A stretch of 64,000 bases of DNA from Octopus vulgaris (GCA_951406725.2 OX597838.1:44640001-44704000), one strand, 5' to 3'; positions 41,794-55,004 are shown, counted from the first letter of the stretch. The notes: generated by a model not told the origin, from the letters alone. Translations and numbers: made by a program.

Positions 41794-42543
41794 AATATAA
41801 ATATATACGATATACGTTCCTACGCATATGTCCATGTCCTGTTCATAAATATATCATGTCTAATACACATATATGAATTTATTACACGTATATTATATTA
41901 TATGTGTCCATGGGCGCGCGTGTAAGTACATTATATATATATACTGAAAGTACATAAACTTTTAATAAAAAAATAATCGCTCAGTTATATACATATATGT
42001 TTTGTGTAGCCCTTAGGACGAATACAGAGAAACTTATTTGGTAAATCTAAAGAAAAGAAATACAACGTAATAAGAAATGAACTTGAGAAGGTATATCTGA
42101 ATAGAGCATTCGTAAATTAGAGAAAGAAATATACAAAATGGTTTTGTACACGAGGGAAATCAAATTTGTTATTTAAGTGTGTCAGAAAATGACGTGAACG
42201 GTGTGAGTCAATCATTAATGAAAATTCATGTACTCTTATTCATTCAGCAGCAGCGAGACTCACTTTCCCAAAGATGTCTTGTACTGAATTTTGAAAATGA
42301 CTCACCAAATAACTACTACTACATTCACTTCTGTACTCATTGTGAAAGCCAGCAAATATAAGAAAAAAATTGCAAAAGGTGCCGCCATTTTTACTCACAC
42401 TAATACCAGTCTAATCTTCGCTCATTCTCCTCACACTTGCTGTCTCCCTCCCCCGCTCCCCCTCTGTGTGCATGTATACATACATACATACATACATACA
42501 TACATACATACATACATACATACATACATACATACATACTTAC

Positions 42544-42608
<65 letters not shown>

Positions 42609-42610
<2 letters not shown>

Positions 42611-43070
42611 AGAGCAAAACGACCCCCGTCCAAGAGCAAAACGCCCCCGGTACTGAGTTGTCAAACATTTAAACCAAATTTTCTCAAAAGAACATGTCCG
42701 ACCGTTCCATAGGTCTCCCCTTTGAGAAACACTGATTTAACCAAAATTTGAGACACTAGCAAAAGAAGAAATAAAGATAGAATTTCTTCTATTTCAAAGA
42801 AAAACGATTTTATTCACACAAATATGCAACCGAAGAATTTAAATTACCAGGAAGTACAGCGCAACAGCTGATGTACTTGAGCGTACAAATGCACGTTCCC
42901 ACGGCTTTATCGATTGCATTATCACCTGGAAACGATTTTTGTAATTTTTTCAAGACTTATACACGCCCTGATAGCGTCGATATCTACATATCAAATTTGA
43001 GCGCAATCGGATGGAGGATGCCCGAGATCCTAGAAGACACACAGACAGAACGGATTTTATATAATAGAGA
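42609..43070 (-). mobile_element. Partial non-autonomous Helitron
   Basis: Minus-strand 5' end TCTCTATTATATAAAATCCGTTCTGTCTGTGTG matches the architecture of the 25664-26689 element; 3' hairpin not seen. Confidence 0.55.
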
Positions 43071-43237
43071 ACTCTCTAATTGGCAACCGTACCTCCTAGC
43101 GCCTCCAAAAGACGTTAGTAACACCCTAATAAAAGATTTTATAAAGTGTTTCTAAAAATTAATTGTTTAAAAAATTCGACTTTACATGTCAAAACTGTAG
43201 TAAGTAAATCTCATAGGATTTCAAATATATATATGTA

Positions 43238-43283
<46 letters not shown>

Positions 43284-43288
43284 CACAG

Positions 43289-43344
<56 letters not shown>

Positions 43345-43346
<2 letters not shown>

Positions 43347-43509
43347 TCTTTTACTCTTGCACCGCCTTTAGTCGAGCAAATCGACCCCGGGACTTATTCT
43401 TTGTAAGCTCAGTACTTAATCTATCGATCTCTTTTGCCGAACCGCTAAGTGACGGGGACGTAAACACACCAGCATCGGTTGTCAAGCAATACTAGGGGGA
43501 CAAACACAG

Positions 43510-43568
<59 letters not shown>

Positions 43569-43731
43569 TATATATACGACAGGCTTCTTTCAGTTTCCGT
43601 CTACCAAATCCACTCACAAGGCATTGGTCGGCCCGGGGCTATAGCAGAAGACACTTGGCCAAGATGCCACGCAGTGGGACTGAACCCGGAACCATGTGGC
43701 TGGTTAGCAAGCTACTTACCACACAGCCACT

Positions 43732-43734
<3 letters not shown>
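43345..43734 (-). mobile_element. Family B SINE
   Basis: Homologous to the 32121 and 38670 copies. Confidence 0.88.
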
Positions 43735-43785
<51 letters not shown>

Positions 43786-43789
<4 letters not shown>

Positions 43790-44396
43790 TTGAAGAAATG
43801 GAGTTGAACGAAGATTGAACAGAAATCGTTTTATTGCATTCTACACGTGTTTCGAAAGGCACAATTTACCAAATTCCGATTGAATAATGAGACCATATTG
43901 TGTCTTTCTCTTCAGGAAGAAATAGGAAATCCGTTGGAAAAAACAAAAACAGAACAGAGGCGGAGCAAAACAAATCGAACGAGGCTCCTAAGAGCCCATG
44001 TCCATGGGCTCTTAGGAGTTTGGCCATGGGCTCTTAGGAGCCTCGTTCGATTTGTTTTGCTCCGCCTCTGTTCTGTTTTTGTTTTTTCCAACGGATTTCC
44101 TATTTCTTCCTGAAGAGAAAGACACAATATGGTCTCATTATTCAATCGGAATTTGGTAAATTGTGCCTTTCGAAACACGTGTAGAATGCAATAAAACGAT
44201 TTCTGTTCAATCTTCGTTCAACTCCATTTCTTCAATTCACTAATAATATTAAAATTCAATTATCCGCACCAACGCACGGTTGCAACACCATATGGTTGTA
44301 CCTCCAACCGTGCTGTCTTCTGCTGTGATTTTTGCTACCAAGGTATCGGTTAAACTTTTGATTAATCTGCAACAAGATTATTCATCTTTCTATTTC

Positions 44397-44400
<4 letters not shown>
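43786..44400 (+). mobile_element. Fold-back PLE pLTR-like element (215-bp inverted arms)
   Basis: 43786-44000 mirrors 44025-44239; unique tail to 44400; (TA)n on both sides. Confidence 0.88.
44107..44186 (+). ncRNA. Type-I hammerhead with extended stem II (mirror copy 43839-43918, -)
   Basis: TTC-CTGAAGA-GAAAGACACAAT...ATTGTGCCTTTC-GAAAC ACGT GTA-GAA; AATAAA at 44190. Confidence 0.85.
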
Positions 44401-44462
<62 letters not shown>

Positions 44463-44464
<2 letters not shown>

Positions 44465-44770
44465 ACTTATTAACAAGGGCAAAAGAAAAATATTTCTAAT
44501 GCCAAATATGCCTAAACTAGACACATCGTCCATAACCATAACCATCGTCCATAAGCAATTCATCACTATAAGTGTTATGGACGATGTGTGTAGTTTCGGC
44601 ATATTTGGCATTAGAAATATTTTTCTTTTGCCCTTGTTTATAAGTTGCTTATAAATTTAACCTTTAAAGGTATTTTTTATCCTGTATTAGATGTAAATTA
44701 TAATATATGCTTACAACCTTACGGTCGTGAACTAAATAACCTAAGCACTAAGCCACTCGCTTTTACTACT
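44463..44770. repeat. Fold-back element with 74-bp inverted arms next to (TA)n
   Basis: 44463-44536 mirrors 44574-44647 (3 mismatches); unique tail to ~44770. Confidence 0.8.
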
Positions 44771-45547
44771 TATATAGAAATGTATGTGTGTGCATGTGTG
44801 CGAGTGCGCGTGTGTGTATGTGTGTGTGTGTAGACAAACGGAAATATAGGTGAATATATAGATAAGCGTGTCTACATCATATTGATGCGAATATTTCTTT
44901 GTTACAGCAATGTTATATACATTTCTATAATAATGTGCACTGAGTTGAAAAAAATAAATATATGCGAAACAGCTGATCCCCTAAAATTTCGTCCTTGTGC
45001 CTAGAATAGAAAAGAATTACTAAAAGTACAATGTACAATGTGTTTTGTCAGGGTGCCTTAGAGTGGGATCGAACCTAGAATACCGAACTTGCGAGACGGA
45101 CTTCTTGTCTTCAAAAGTGGCACTCTGTCATTTACGACTACGTGGTTTGCAGTTGATCCGATCGACAGAAGAGATTGGTTGCGAAGTTGGCTGAAACCCT
45201 ACTGCCACATGTGCCTTAATGTAGTTCTCCGGGAGATTCTGCTGCCACAGGAGGTGACAAGGCTGGCACACTGAAATAGAAGTACAGCTCATGTTTGTCT
45301 GCTGTATTTACTGGAACAACGGGAAATAAGGTGTCTTGCGCCCAGGGGAATCGAACACATGGCCTTGCGATCCTGAGCCAATGGTCTTCACCTTAGCAGC
45401 ACAGTTATGTCCGCGTCATTCAGAATATGTGGTATTCTTGAATTATTTCCAGTTTTATTTTTTAATTTCATTAATTAGTTACTATTACGACTACAGTAAA
45501 TAACATTATCTCTCGATATTAATTCATGGATGATAATAATAATAATG

Positions 45548-45620
<73 letters not shown>

Positions 45621-45639
45621 TAATAATGATAATAATGAT

Positions 45640-45844
45640 TTCAAAATTTTGCCACAAGAGCAGCTTGGGTAAGCAGATGAAGTCGATTACATCAACTCCA
45701 GTGTTTCACTGGTATTTAATTTATCGACCCCGAAAGGATAAAAGGCAAAGTCGACCCCGGGGTAGTTTGAACTCAGAATATGGCGTCGTTCTTAGAAATA
45801 CCGCTAAGCATTCCATCCAGCATGCTAACGAATCTGCCCGCCTT
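45640..45844 (-). mobile_element. Family A SINE within (AAT)n
   Basis: ATCGACCCCGAAAGGATAAAAGGCAAAGTCGAC motif. Confidence 0.8.
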
Positions 45845-45845
45845 C

Positions 45846-45970
<125 letters not shown>

Positions 45971-45993
45971 TTAATAATAATAATAATAATAAT

Positions 45994-48202
45994 GAGACAG
46001 CAAAACCAGAGAACTACAGACCAATAACCTGTCTCCCTACAATGTTCAAGGTGTTTACTGCAGTGATATCGCAAAGGTTGAACAAGCACCTGGACGAAAA
46101 CAAACTGTTCCCAGAAGAGCAGAAAGGATGCCGCAAAGGCTCATATGGCTGTAAAGATCAACTAATGATTAATAAAGCCATAACTGAAGACAGCCACAGA
46201 AAGAAGAAAGGCCTCAGTATGGCCTGGATTGACTACAAAAAGGCGTTTGATAGCATCCCCCACATTTGGATCCTCGAAACACTAGCCATTAACAAAGTAG
46301 CACCAACAATCATAAAATTCATAGAGCACTCTATGAATAAATGGCAAACAGTCCTACACCTCCAAATAAAAGAGGGACTCATGAAAACCAAAGACATCCC
46401 CATTAGAAGAGGAATATTCCAGGGAGACACGCTCTCTCCACTCCTTTTCTGCTTGGCACTGTCACCTCTATCTGATATAGTAAATAGAACTTGATGCGGA
46501 TATAAATGTTACGGCAAAACGATCAGCCACCTTGTATATATGGATTACCTAAAACTATACGCTGCAAATGACAAACAGCTGGAAACACTATTAAAGACAG
46601 TTCATGGATTTACCAAAGAAATAGATATGAAATTTGGATTAGAAAAATGCGCCAAAGTAACCATGAAAAGAGGAAAACTAGTTAAGAGTAGCAACATCAC
46701 ACTAGATAAAACCAATGAAATAAAAGAATTAGACCAAACCAAACTTACAAATACTTGGGAATCCATGAACTAGATAAGACACAACACACACAAATGAAAG
46801 AGAAAATAAAAAAGAATATTATAGACGAGTTAGATCAATACTAAAAACAGAGCTCAATGCTAAAAACAAGATAATAGGTATTAACACTTTAGCTGTCCCA
46901 GTTATAAGTTACAGCTACAATATCCTTAACTGGACACGAAAGGAACTGACCAAAATAGATAGGAAAACAAGAAAAATAATGACAGGATCTAGGATGCATC
47001 ACCCAAAATCTGACATAGAAAGACTATATATACAACGTATAGAAGGTGGTAGAGGCCTTATACAACTGGAAAACTACTATAAAATAACCACCATAGGACT
47101 GCAAAAATATCTACTTCAGAAGGAAGGAAAACTGATTCAAATAGCGGCAAAACACGAGCAAAACAAAAAACTGTTCTCAGTATTTAAGGAAGCTGACAAA
47201 TACAAACAAGAAAGCATACCACCTAATAAATATGAAGAAGAAGAAGAAGAAGAAGAAGAAGAAGAAGAAGAAGAAGAAGAAGAAGAAGAAGAAGAAGAAG
47301 AAGAAGAAGAAGAAGAAGAAGAAGAAGAAGAAACAACAAAAGCTATAAAACAAATGAAATCCAAACTAAAAATAGAACAGCAACGAACCATGATAAAACG
47401 ATGGCAAGAAAAGCCCCTTCATGGTAAATACTGCACTAAACTAAACGCAAAAGAAATAGACAAAGAAAAATCCCAGCAAAGCCTCCCCACCAGAAATTAC
47501 CAAAAACATGTAATGAAAAGAAATATAACAAGTAACTGCAGAATATGTGGAGATGGACAAGAAACAATAAATCATATTATCTCTAGCTGCCCAGTCCTGG
47601 CTAAGAAGGAATATATTCACAGACATGACAGAGTTGGAACCTACATACATTGGAAGCTATGCCAACTTTATGGAATAACAACAGAAAAAAGATGGTATAG
47701 GCACACACCAGAAAAGGTCACAGAAAACGAGAAAGCAACCATACTCTGGGATATGCCGATACACACAGATAGAGAAATTAAGGCCAACAGACCAGATATA
47801 GTTGTCAGAGATCATGAAGAAAAAAATGCTTTCTAATTGATGTATCAATACCGGCAGATGACAACGTGTCTCTAAAAGAAATGGAGAAACTCTCAAAATA
47901 CAAAGACCTGGAAATAGAGGTAACCAGAATGTGGAATCTGAAAACAGAAACAATTCCTATCATAGTAGGTGCATTAGGCATGATAAAAAAATATTCAGAC
48001 AAATACATAATAAAAACACCAGGACTTACAAACACATATAACATACAGAAAATTGCACTACTAAGCACTGCACACATCCTACGCAGAATACTTTCCATAC
48101 AACAACCATCAGAGTATCACAACAAATCACAACACATACCCAAGGAACACAGAGCTGCGCTCGGTAGTGAAGTGAAAGCACGCTATAAAAATAAAACTAC
48201 TG
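45994..48202 (+). mobile_element. 5'-truncated R4/Dong-clade non-LTR retrotransposon inserted in (AAT)n
   Basis: RT motifs EEQKG, WIDYKKAFDS, GIFQGDTLSPLLF, YMDY; CCHC knuckle CRIC..ETINHIISSC; RHD; restriction-like endonuclease NRPD..IDVSIP..K..KY; frameshifts. Confidence 0.93.
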
Positions 48203-48230
48203 AATAATAATAATAATAATGATGATGATG

Positions 48231-48349
<119 letters not shown>

Positions 48350-48354
48350 AAGAA

Positions 48355-48790
48355 GAGTTGCAGACTAATAAATGTAAATGTTCTCACTGATAAAAATATG
48401 TCTGTAAAGGAATTTGACAAATTAAGTAAATATAAGCTCCTGGAAATTAAAATACAAAAGATGTGACATCTTAAAGCGAGAAATGTTCCTGTTATTGTGG
48501 GTGTCCTAGGTATGAAAGAAAAGAGAAATCAAAAACATCTAGATAATATCCCAGAAGAACTATGCCTCAAAGAAATCCAAAAGATTATGTTGACAAGTAC
48601 TACTCACATCTTTAGAAAAACCCTATCAACTTAAATATCTGTGTTGTATTACATGAAGATATTTCGCTACGACCCCTGCCATTTCCCCTCTTAAAACTTT
48701 CAGTCATGTTGTAATATCTCTTATCCTTCACGAGCCCTAGGACGCTGGGTGTGTCTCGGCGAGTGATTGTAACAAATATGCAGATTAAAT
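48355..48790 (+). mobile_element. 3' fragment of a second, diverged Dong-like family
   Basis: Translates as CRLINVNVLTDKNMSVKEFDKLSKYKLLEIKIQKM*HLK..VPVIVGVLG. Confidence 0.75.
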
Positions 48791-48908
48791 GTAAATAATT
48801 ATAATAATAATACTGTATACAGTACGTTTCTCTGCCCTAGGTGTCAGGAAGACACTCGGCAAGAAATGGAAACAGAACTGAAAGAAGATGCTAATGAAAA
48901 TGATAAAG

Positions 48909-48946
<38 letters not shown>

Positions 48947-48951
<5 letters not shown>

Positions 48952-49301
48952 CAGCAGATGACAACGTGTCTCTAAAAGAAATGGAGAAACTTTCGAAATA
49001 CAAAGACCTGGAAATAGAGGTAACTCGAATGTGGAATCTAAAAACAGAAACAATTCCTATCATAGTAGGTGCATTAGGCATGATAAAAAATATTCAAACA
49101 AATACATAACAAAAACACCAGGACTTACAAACACATATAACATACAGAAAATTGCACTACTAGGCACTGCACACATCCTACGCAAAACACTGTCCATACA
49201 ATAACCATCAGAGCATCACAACTAATCACAGAACATACCCAGGGTACACAGAGCTGCGCTCGGTTGTGAAGTGAAAGCACGATATAAAAATAAAACTACT
49301 G
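48947..49301 (+). mobile_element. Short 3' copy of the 45994 Dong family in (AAT)n
   Basis: Near-identical to ~47847-48202, same 3' end AAAACTACTG-(AAT)n. Confidence 0.93.
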
Positions 49302-49729
49302 AATAATAATAATAATAATGCACAAATTACTCTGATGTGTCCCTGCTTATTTCCGTTCTTCGTGTCGTCTTTGCTGTGATTATCATTGTTTATTTTTTCC
49401 TTATAATAGTGCATAACATGCAAAGCAGGAATTTCGTTACTAAGGGAGACTTTCGAGTGGAAGCAAAAGAATTAATTTTAAAAACATTGACTAGATAAAT
49501 ATTGGCAAGTATATTAAATTAGAAGTTATCCTACAACAAAGATAAAAAAAAAAAGACTAGTAAAAATGTCCACCATCAACCTGTTGATATTTGCAAACAA
49601 GCACATATACATTCCTAAACAGACAGACACACTCATATGAAAATATGCTTGAACAACAATTAATGAAATATCGATTAAGCATTTTCCGAATCAGAAACGA
49701 GTAAAATGTATGGGTTTATCTTCAACAGG

Positions 49730-50080
49730 TGAGACCTTTTGCAAACAACTTTGCTTCTCAACCAAATGGTTCCGGGTTCAGTCTCACTATGAGGCACGTT
49801 GCACAAGTGTCTTTGACTGTAGCCTCGAACCGACCACAGCCTTGTGAGTGCATACGGTTGAGGGAAACAGAAAGAAGCCTGTCGTGTTTTTATGTGTGTG
49901 TGTGAGAGCGTGCATGTGTGTGTGTACGTTCCTGTGTCTGTATTTTTCCCACCATTACCGCTTGACAGTCGCCGTTGGAGGGTTTATGTACACATAACTT
50001 AACGGTTCAGCAAAAGAATTCGATAAAATAAGTACTAGGCTTAAAAAGTGTGCTCGGGTTGACATATTTTGAGCAAGTAA
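49730..50080 (+). mobile_element. Diverged family B SINE
   Basis: ATGGTTCCGGGTTCAGT..CAAGTGTCTT..GCCTTGTGAGTG. Confidence 0.7.
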
Positions 50081-51807
50081 ATAAGTTTTTTTTTTTTTTT
50101 TAAACATGACTTTTTGATACTACCTCGTTGATGGGTTGCTCTGTGTCGTCAGCAAATACGCAAGAAAATTAAGTTTCCACATCATATTTTTAATTGTAGA
50201 GGACGCAATCAAGAAATGCAATTTATAAGAAAATTCGTCAGCCAAAATGTGATGCTTTTTCTACAATAACTTAACATTTTTAGGTGATTCGCGTTGTTTT
50301 GAGATACCATCCGTTAAAAAACTTTATTGAATTCCTTGATAGTGAAGTATTTACATTCACAAACATAAAGCATTGTGAAAGAATCCGAACTACATGTTTT
50401 GTATCTTGTTTTATATTGTTTCGGAATTTTAATGTAAACGTTTAATGACATTCGGAAAATGAATTTTATGAGCTGGGTACCAGTGTATTTATATTGAGGA
50501 TTATTACTCCATCATTGTGTGGTGAAAAACTAAATATTTTTTCCATTTTCTTGTTCAATATTGGAGATGAAATATAAGAAAAACATTAAATTAAACTCGA
50601 CGACCACATTTAGTGATCTTGAAAATATTCAATTACAGCTGAACCCGGCAGAAAATGGTCTATGTCTATTTTTGCAATATATGTTGTTTTAAAATAATGC
50701 AAAAATATTAAAAGATACTATATTTTAAAATTAAATAAAAATACTTTTATAGCATTATCGGCTTCTTTTTCATTTCTTACTATAGAAGTTTATTTATAAA
50801 AGTAATACGAACGAAATTATCATGTAATCTAAGATTTGAGATGCTTTCGCCGTATACAGCTCTACATAACACCAGATAATATATAAAAAAAAACATTACG
50901 AAAATGATTCGATAAAATTCTTTAGAACCTTTGCTTCCGTGAAGAGGATTCAATCGGCCTCAAGAGAGGGGTATATTTCCACTAAATTGTAAATCTGAAG
51001 CTACAAAAAAATATTGTAACGTAAATATAATTTCAAGCAGAAGAAAGATTGAATGAAAAAATGTTTTAATATGAAAGAGCAGCGTAATCTTGAGGTGAAA
51101 ACTCTAGGAGATGACTGTGTATCTGTGTATCTGTTCATGTTATTGCTTTCCAGTTACATAATAATTATTTTTCAAAGTGTGTGCGCTTAGTGAATCTGTT
51201 TGATCTGGAGCTTTAGAAGCCTTATTAAGGGAGATTTTAAAAAATTCCCTTTTCTCTGTTACTCAGAGATTATATCTCTGAGTTTGAATCTCATAGAGCT
51301 ATATATTTAACATATAGTTCTATCTATTGATGCTAGAATTAGAAGTCTTTTCGTAACTTTCTCAATGCTTGACCAATTATATTACGTTCTTGAACATAAT
51401 TATGGGTATGTAATTATAAGATGGGTGTTTAAGTCTTACTTGTCACACCTATATAACAATTACCTTTTTCTAATTAGGCAGATTCTTTATAGGTGAAGTC
51501 ACTCTCACCTATAATTATTGTTTCTCTGTTGCACAGTCTCTCACCTGAGTATATATTAGGTTTACTGCACGTGCATTTACTTTTGGCCTTAGTGTCTAGC
51601 ACAATTACCTATAATCGGGTTGCACTAAGCAATACATTCGATAGCTTTAGTTAGAATTAGGCAATGCAAATTATATTCAGCTAAGCAACATATGTTGCAT
51701 GTGTGTGTGTGTGCGTGTATGTGTGTGTTTGTGTGTGTATGTATACATGCATGTATATACACTCACACACGCAAAAGTACCCTCGCACGCGTGTATAGAT
51801 TATTATT

Positions 51808-51957
51808 CCGTTAGATTCACTTCAACATTTAAATTTAATTTGTCACAATATTTTCGTCACTTTGAGACCGCGACCTGTTGCAGTGAACAGGTCGCGGTCT
51901 GAGAGCGACGAAAATATTTTGACAAATTAAATTTAAATGTTGAAGTGAATCTAACGG
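51808..51957. repeat. Fold-back with 72-bp arms and 6-nt loop; HHR-like fold in the right arm
   Basis: 51808-51879 mirrors 51886-51957. Confidence 0.88.
51881..51921 (+). ncRNA. Minimal hammerhead with G3:C8 core
   Basis: CA-GTGAACAG-GTCGC ggtctgaga GCGAC-GAAAATATTT-TG; palindromic AATATT. Confidence 0.6.
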
Positions 51958-53010
51958 CTTTTGTGTGTTTCTTAAATGGCTGCAATTGTTTTCGTTCCAG
52001 CACACGATCTCAGATCAGGTCACTTGCTATGCAAGTAGACCTCCGTCATAATTATTGTTATTACACTATTTTTGTTTTCCTCGTTGCAGTCATTATTATC
52101 AGTTTCACTTTTGTATTCCATCTCGACTTAAACATAGGCAACAACACGTGCGCGTGCACTCACACGCTCACACACACAGATACTCACACGAACGCAAGCA
52201 CACAGACACAGGCGCGCGCGCACACACACACACACATACATGCGTGGGTGCGCGCGTGTGTTTCTGTGCGTGCATGTGTGTGAGTATACATACTATATCC
52301 GTACGCGTATATGTGTGTGTGTGTGTGTGTGTGCCTTTCCGTGAGTATTTCAATTATTTAACCGGGTTAATTTCAATCTGCTTTATATTTATCAAATTCA
52401 GTCAAGGCGCTAATGCAGATTTTCGTCTGTTAAGACACACGCCTACATATAGCAAGCAAACACATATAAACATATATAGATTCTGTCCTCTAAATTCCAC
52501 TTACAATATCCTCATCAGCCTGAGGATAAAGCTGAGTAATCTCACCCATTGGCTTTTGAATAATGGCTTCAAATCCGACACCAGGAGGCTACCGAGGATA
52601 AGCCTTAAAAACACTGTCCGTTATATATTGTATAACAGCACATCTTTTGTGTGCGGAGTACACAAGTTATAAAGAAAAAAAACCTTAATTTTTGTTTGAA
52701 ATTGAATACAAGCTTTTGAATGTTCGTGTTGTTAACAATGTAGATTACATAACTAGTGATATGGTGTTACCCGTATGTAACCATGTGACCGATATTCTTC
52801 AATGAAATCATCGTACGGACTTAACATGTACGCATCAAGCGAATATACATTATGTGTGTGTGTGTGTGTGTTTGTGTGTGTACATGTATATATGTATACA
52901 CATATATACATACACATATAGGAATATATACGTGTACATGCGTTTATATCTACACACCAAAATATACATATATATATACGTATAATATATATATATGTAT
53001 GTATATATAC

Positions 53011-53061
<51 letters not shown>

Positions 53062-53062
<1 letters not shown>

Positions 53063-53555
53063 GTTTAAATATTTGTTGTGCAAGATTTTTTATGTGAAGT
53101 CGTGTGTTGAAACAGATATTGTTATATTTCGGAATGGTCATATTGCCAGTTTAGCCAATAAAAACATACGCACTATATATTTGGTGTTATTTTGCTTCAG
53201 TGATATTTATTTTTTACATTAATCTTAATCTTATTTCGGCCAAAGTTCTTTCGTCACACTCCTGTGACCGCATCAGTGGTCCTTTGTTTTCTTCTCACTT
53301 ACTTGTGTCTCTCCTACTAACCGTCAGCCATTTTGTATTATACAAAATGGCTGACGGTTAGTAAGGAGAGACACAAGTAAGTGAGAAGAAAACAAAGGAC
53401 CACTGATGCGGTCACAGGAGTGTGACGAAAGAACTTTGGCCGAAATAAGATTAAGATTAATGTAAAAAATAAATATCACTGAAGCAAAATAACACCAAAT
53501 ATATAGTGCGTGTGTTTTTATTGGCTAAACTGGCAATATGACCATTCCGAAATAT

Positions 53556-53559
<4 letters not shown>
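53062..53559 (-). mobile_element. Fold-back PLE pLTR-like element (~220-bp arms, 1-nt loop at 53339)
   Basis: 53120-53338 mirrors 53340-53559; unique tail 53062-53119; (TA)n on both sides. Confidence 0.88.
53400..53439 (+). ncRNA. Hammerhead-like motif with variant core CUGAUGCG (mirror copy 53239-53278)
   Basis: CCA-CTGATGCG-GTCAC aggagt GTGAC-GAAAGAACTT-TGG; AATAAA at 53468. Confidence 0.6.
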
Positions 53560-53635
<76 letters not shown>

Positions 53636-53708
53636 TATATAAAATGAGAGAGAGAGATTGATAGATAAATAGATAGACAAATAGACAGATAGATATATAC
53701 ATAGAGAG

Positions 53709-53783
<75 letters not shown>

Positions 53784-54300
53784 CAGCTGTGATATGTTTA
53801 TTACAATATGGGAAATCGAATTGATGAGACAGAAATTTGTAACAGTAATATTCACTTCAATGGAAAGAGGTGAATCAATACACAAAGTTACGAAATATTA
53901 AACATCTCACAATTTGTCTACATTTATACGTAATGTGCATACGTGTGTGTGTGTGTGCGTGGTGCATGTAGGAGTCTATAAATGTGTGTAAATGTGTGTG
54001 TTCAACACTGTAATATCTACACGTATTCTATATATGATACGATTGCCTCATATTCTTATCATTTTGCTCACACTCGTTTCCCAATAATATTTTATATTTC
54101 CTGAAATTTACCATTTATTCTATGCTTATCCTGTGATAAATATTGAAATCATTCTGATTAACATAATCAATTGAAGGCTTCTGGCAGAGATTCGTTATAT
54201 TATGCAGGAAATTCTAATTCATGAGCTTCATAAATATCATTCCTGTCATTCGATTTGTTCAGCTTTTAAGTTAAGAAGATGAAAAAAAAAAACGATTTTT

Positions 54301-54727
54301 GGATCTTTTCGGTTTGAACGGCAGTTTTTAAAATAATTTCCACGTAGCTAAACACTTTTAAACTTCGTATACTGCTAGAATGTGTTTATAAAACATCTTT
54401 TTCTCTTGGTTTTATTGAGGAAATTCTATAGTTTGTAAGATATTTGTTGTTGTTTTTCTTCAATTTCTGCAATTTCAACCAATCAATGACGTCTATTGGG
54501 GTGAAAACCTTCTGTGCCGTATGAATATGTCCCTCGTTTAAGAAACAGATTGGGTTTATTTACATTTCTGAAGAAAAAATGATACCCTTCCCCCACCCCT
54601 AACCCTAACTCTAACCCTAACCCTAAAACAGATTGAAATGCAATAGATCGATACTAGGGTCATAATTATGGGTGACAATTTCATATGACACCGCTAGAAA
54701 AAACTGCCGTTCAAACCGAAAAGATCC
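54301..54727. mobile_element. MITE with 29-bp TIRs and 8-bp TSD (Merlin-like GG ends) carrying (CCCTAA)n
   Basis: TIR GGATCTTTTCGGTTTGAACGGCAGTTTTT; TSD CGATTTTT at 54293-54300 and 54728-54735; five telomere-like hexamers at ~54597-54626. Confidence 0.92.
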
Positions 54728-55004
54728 CGATTTTTTTCTCATTTCTCGCTCATCGTCACATGTTTCTTCAAGACATACACACACACACACACACACACAC
54801 ATACACAAACACACGCATGCATATACTTCCCTATATGTAAATGTAAGAGTAATTATAACGGTATAAGTCCATATCTATATATGTATCTATGTAAGTATCT
54901 TTCAATCTAAATTTCACCTTGACGTAAATTTATGCCTCTCTCCCTAATGTATTTGAGTGCGCGTACACAAACGTATATGTGTGATGCTTGCGTGTATGTA
55001 TTCT

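Noticed and set aside
43847-44178. Pair of near-identical 88-aa ORFs on opposite strands
   Set aside because: By-product of the palindrome
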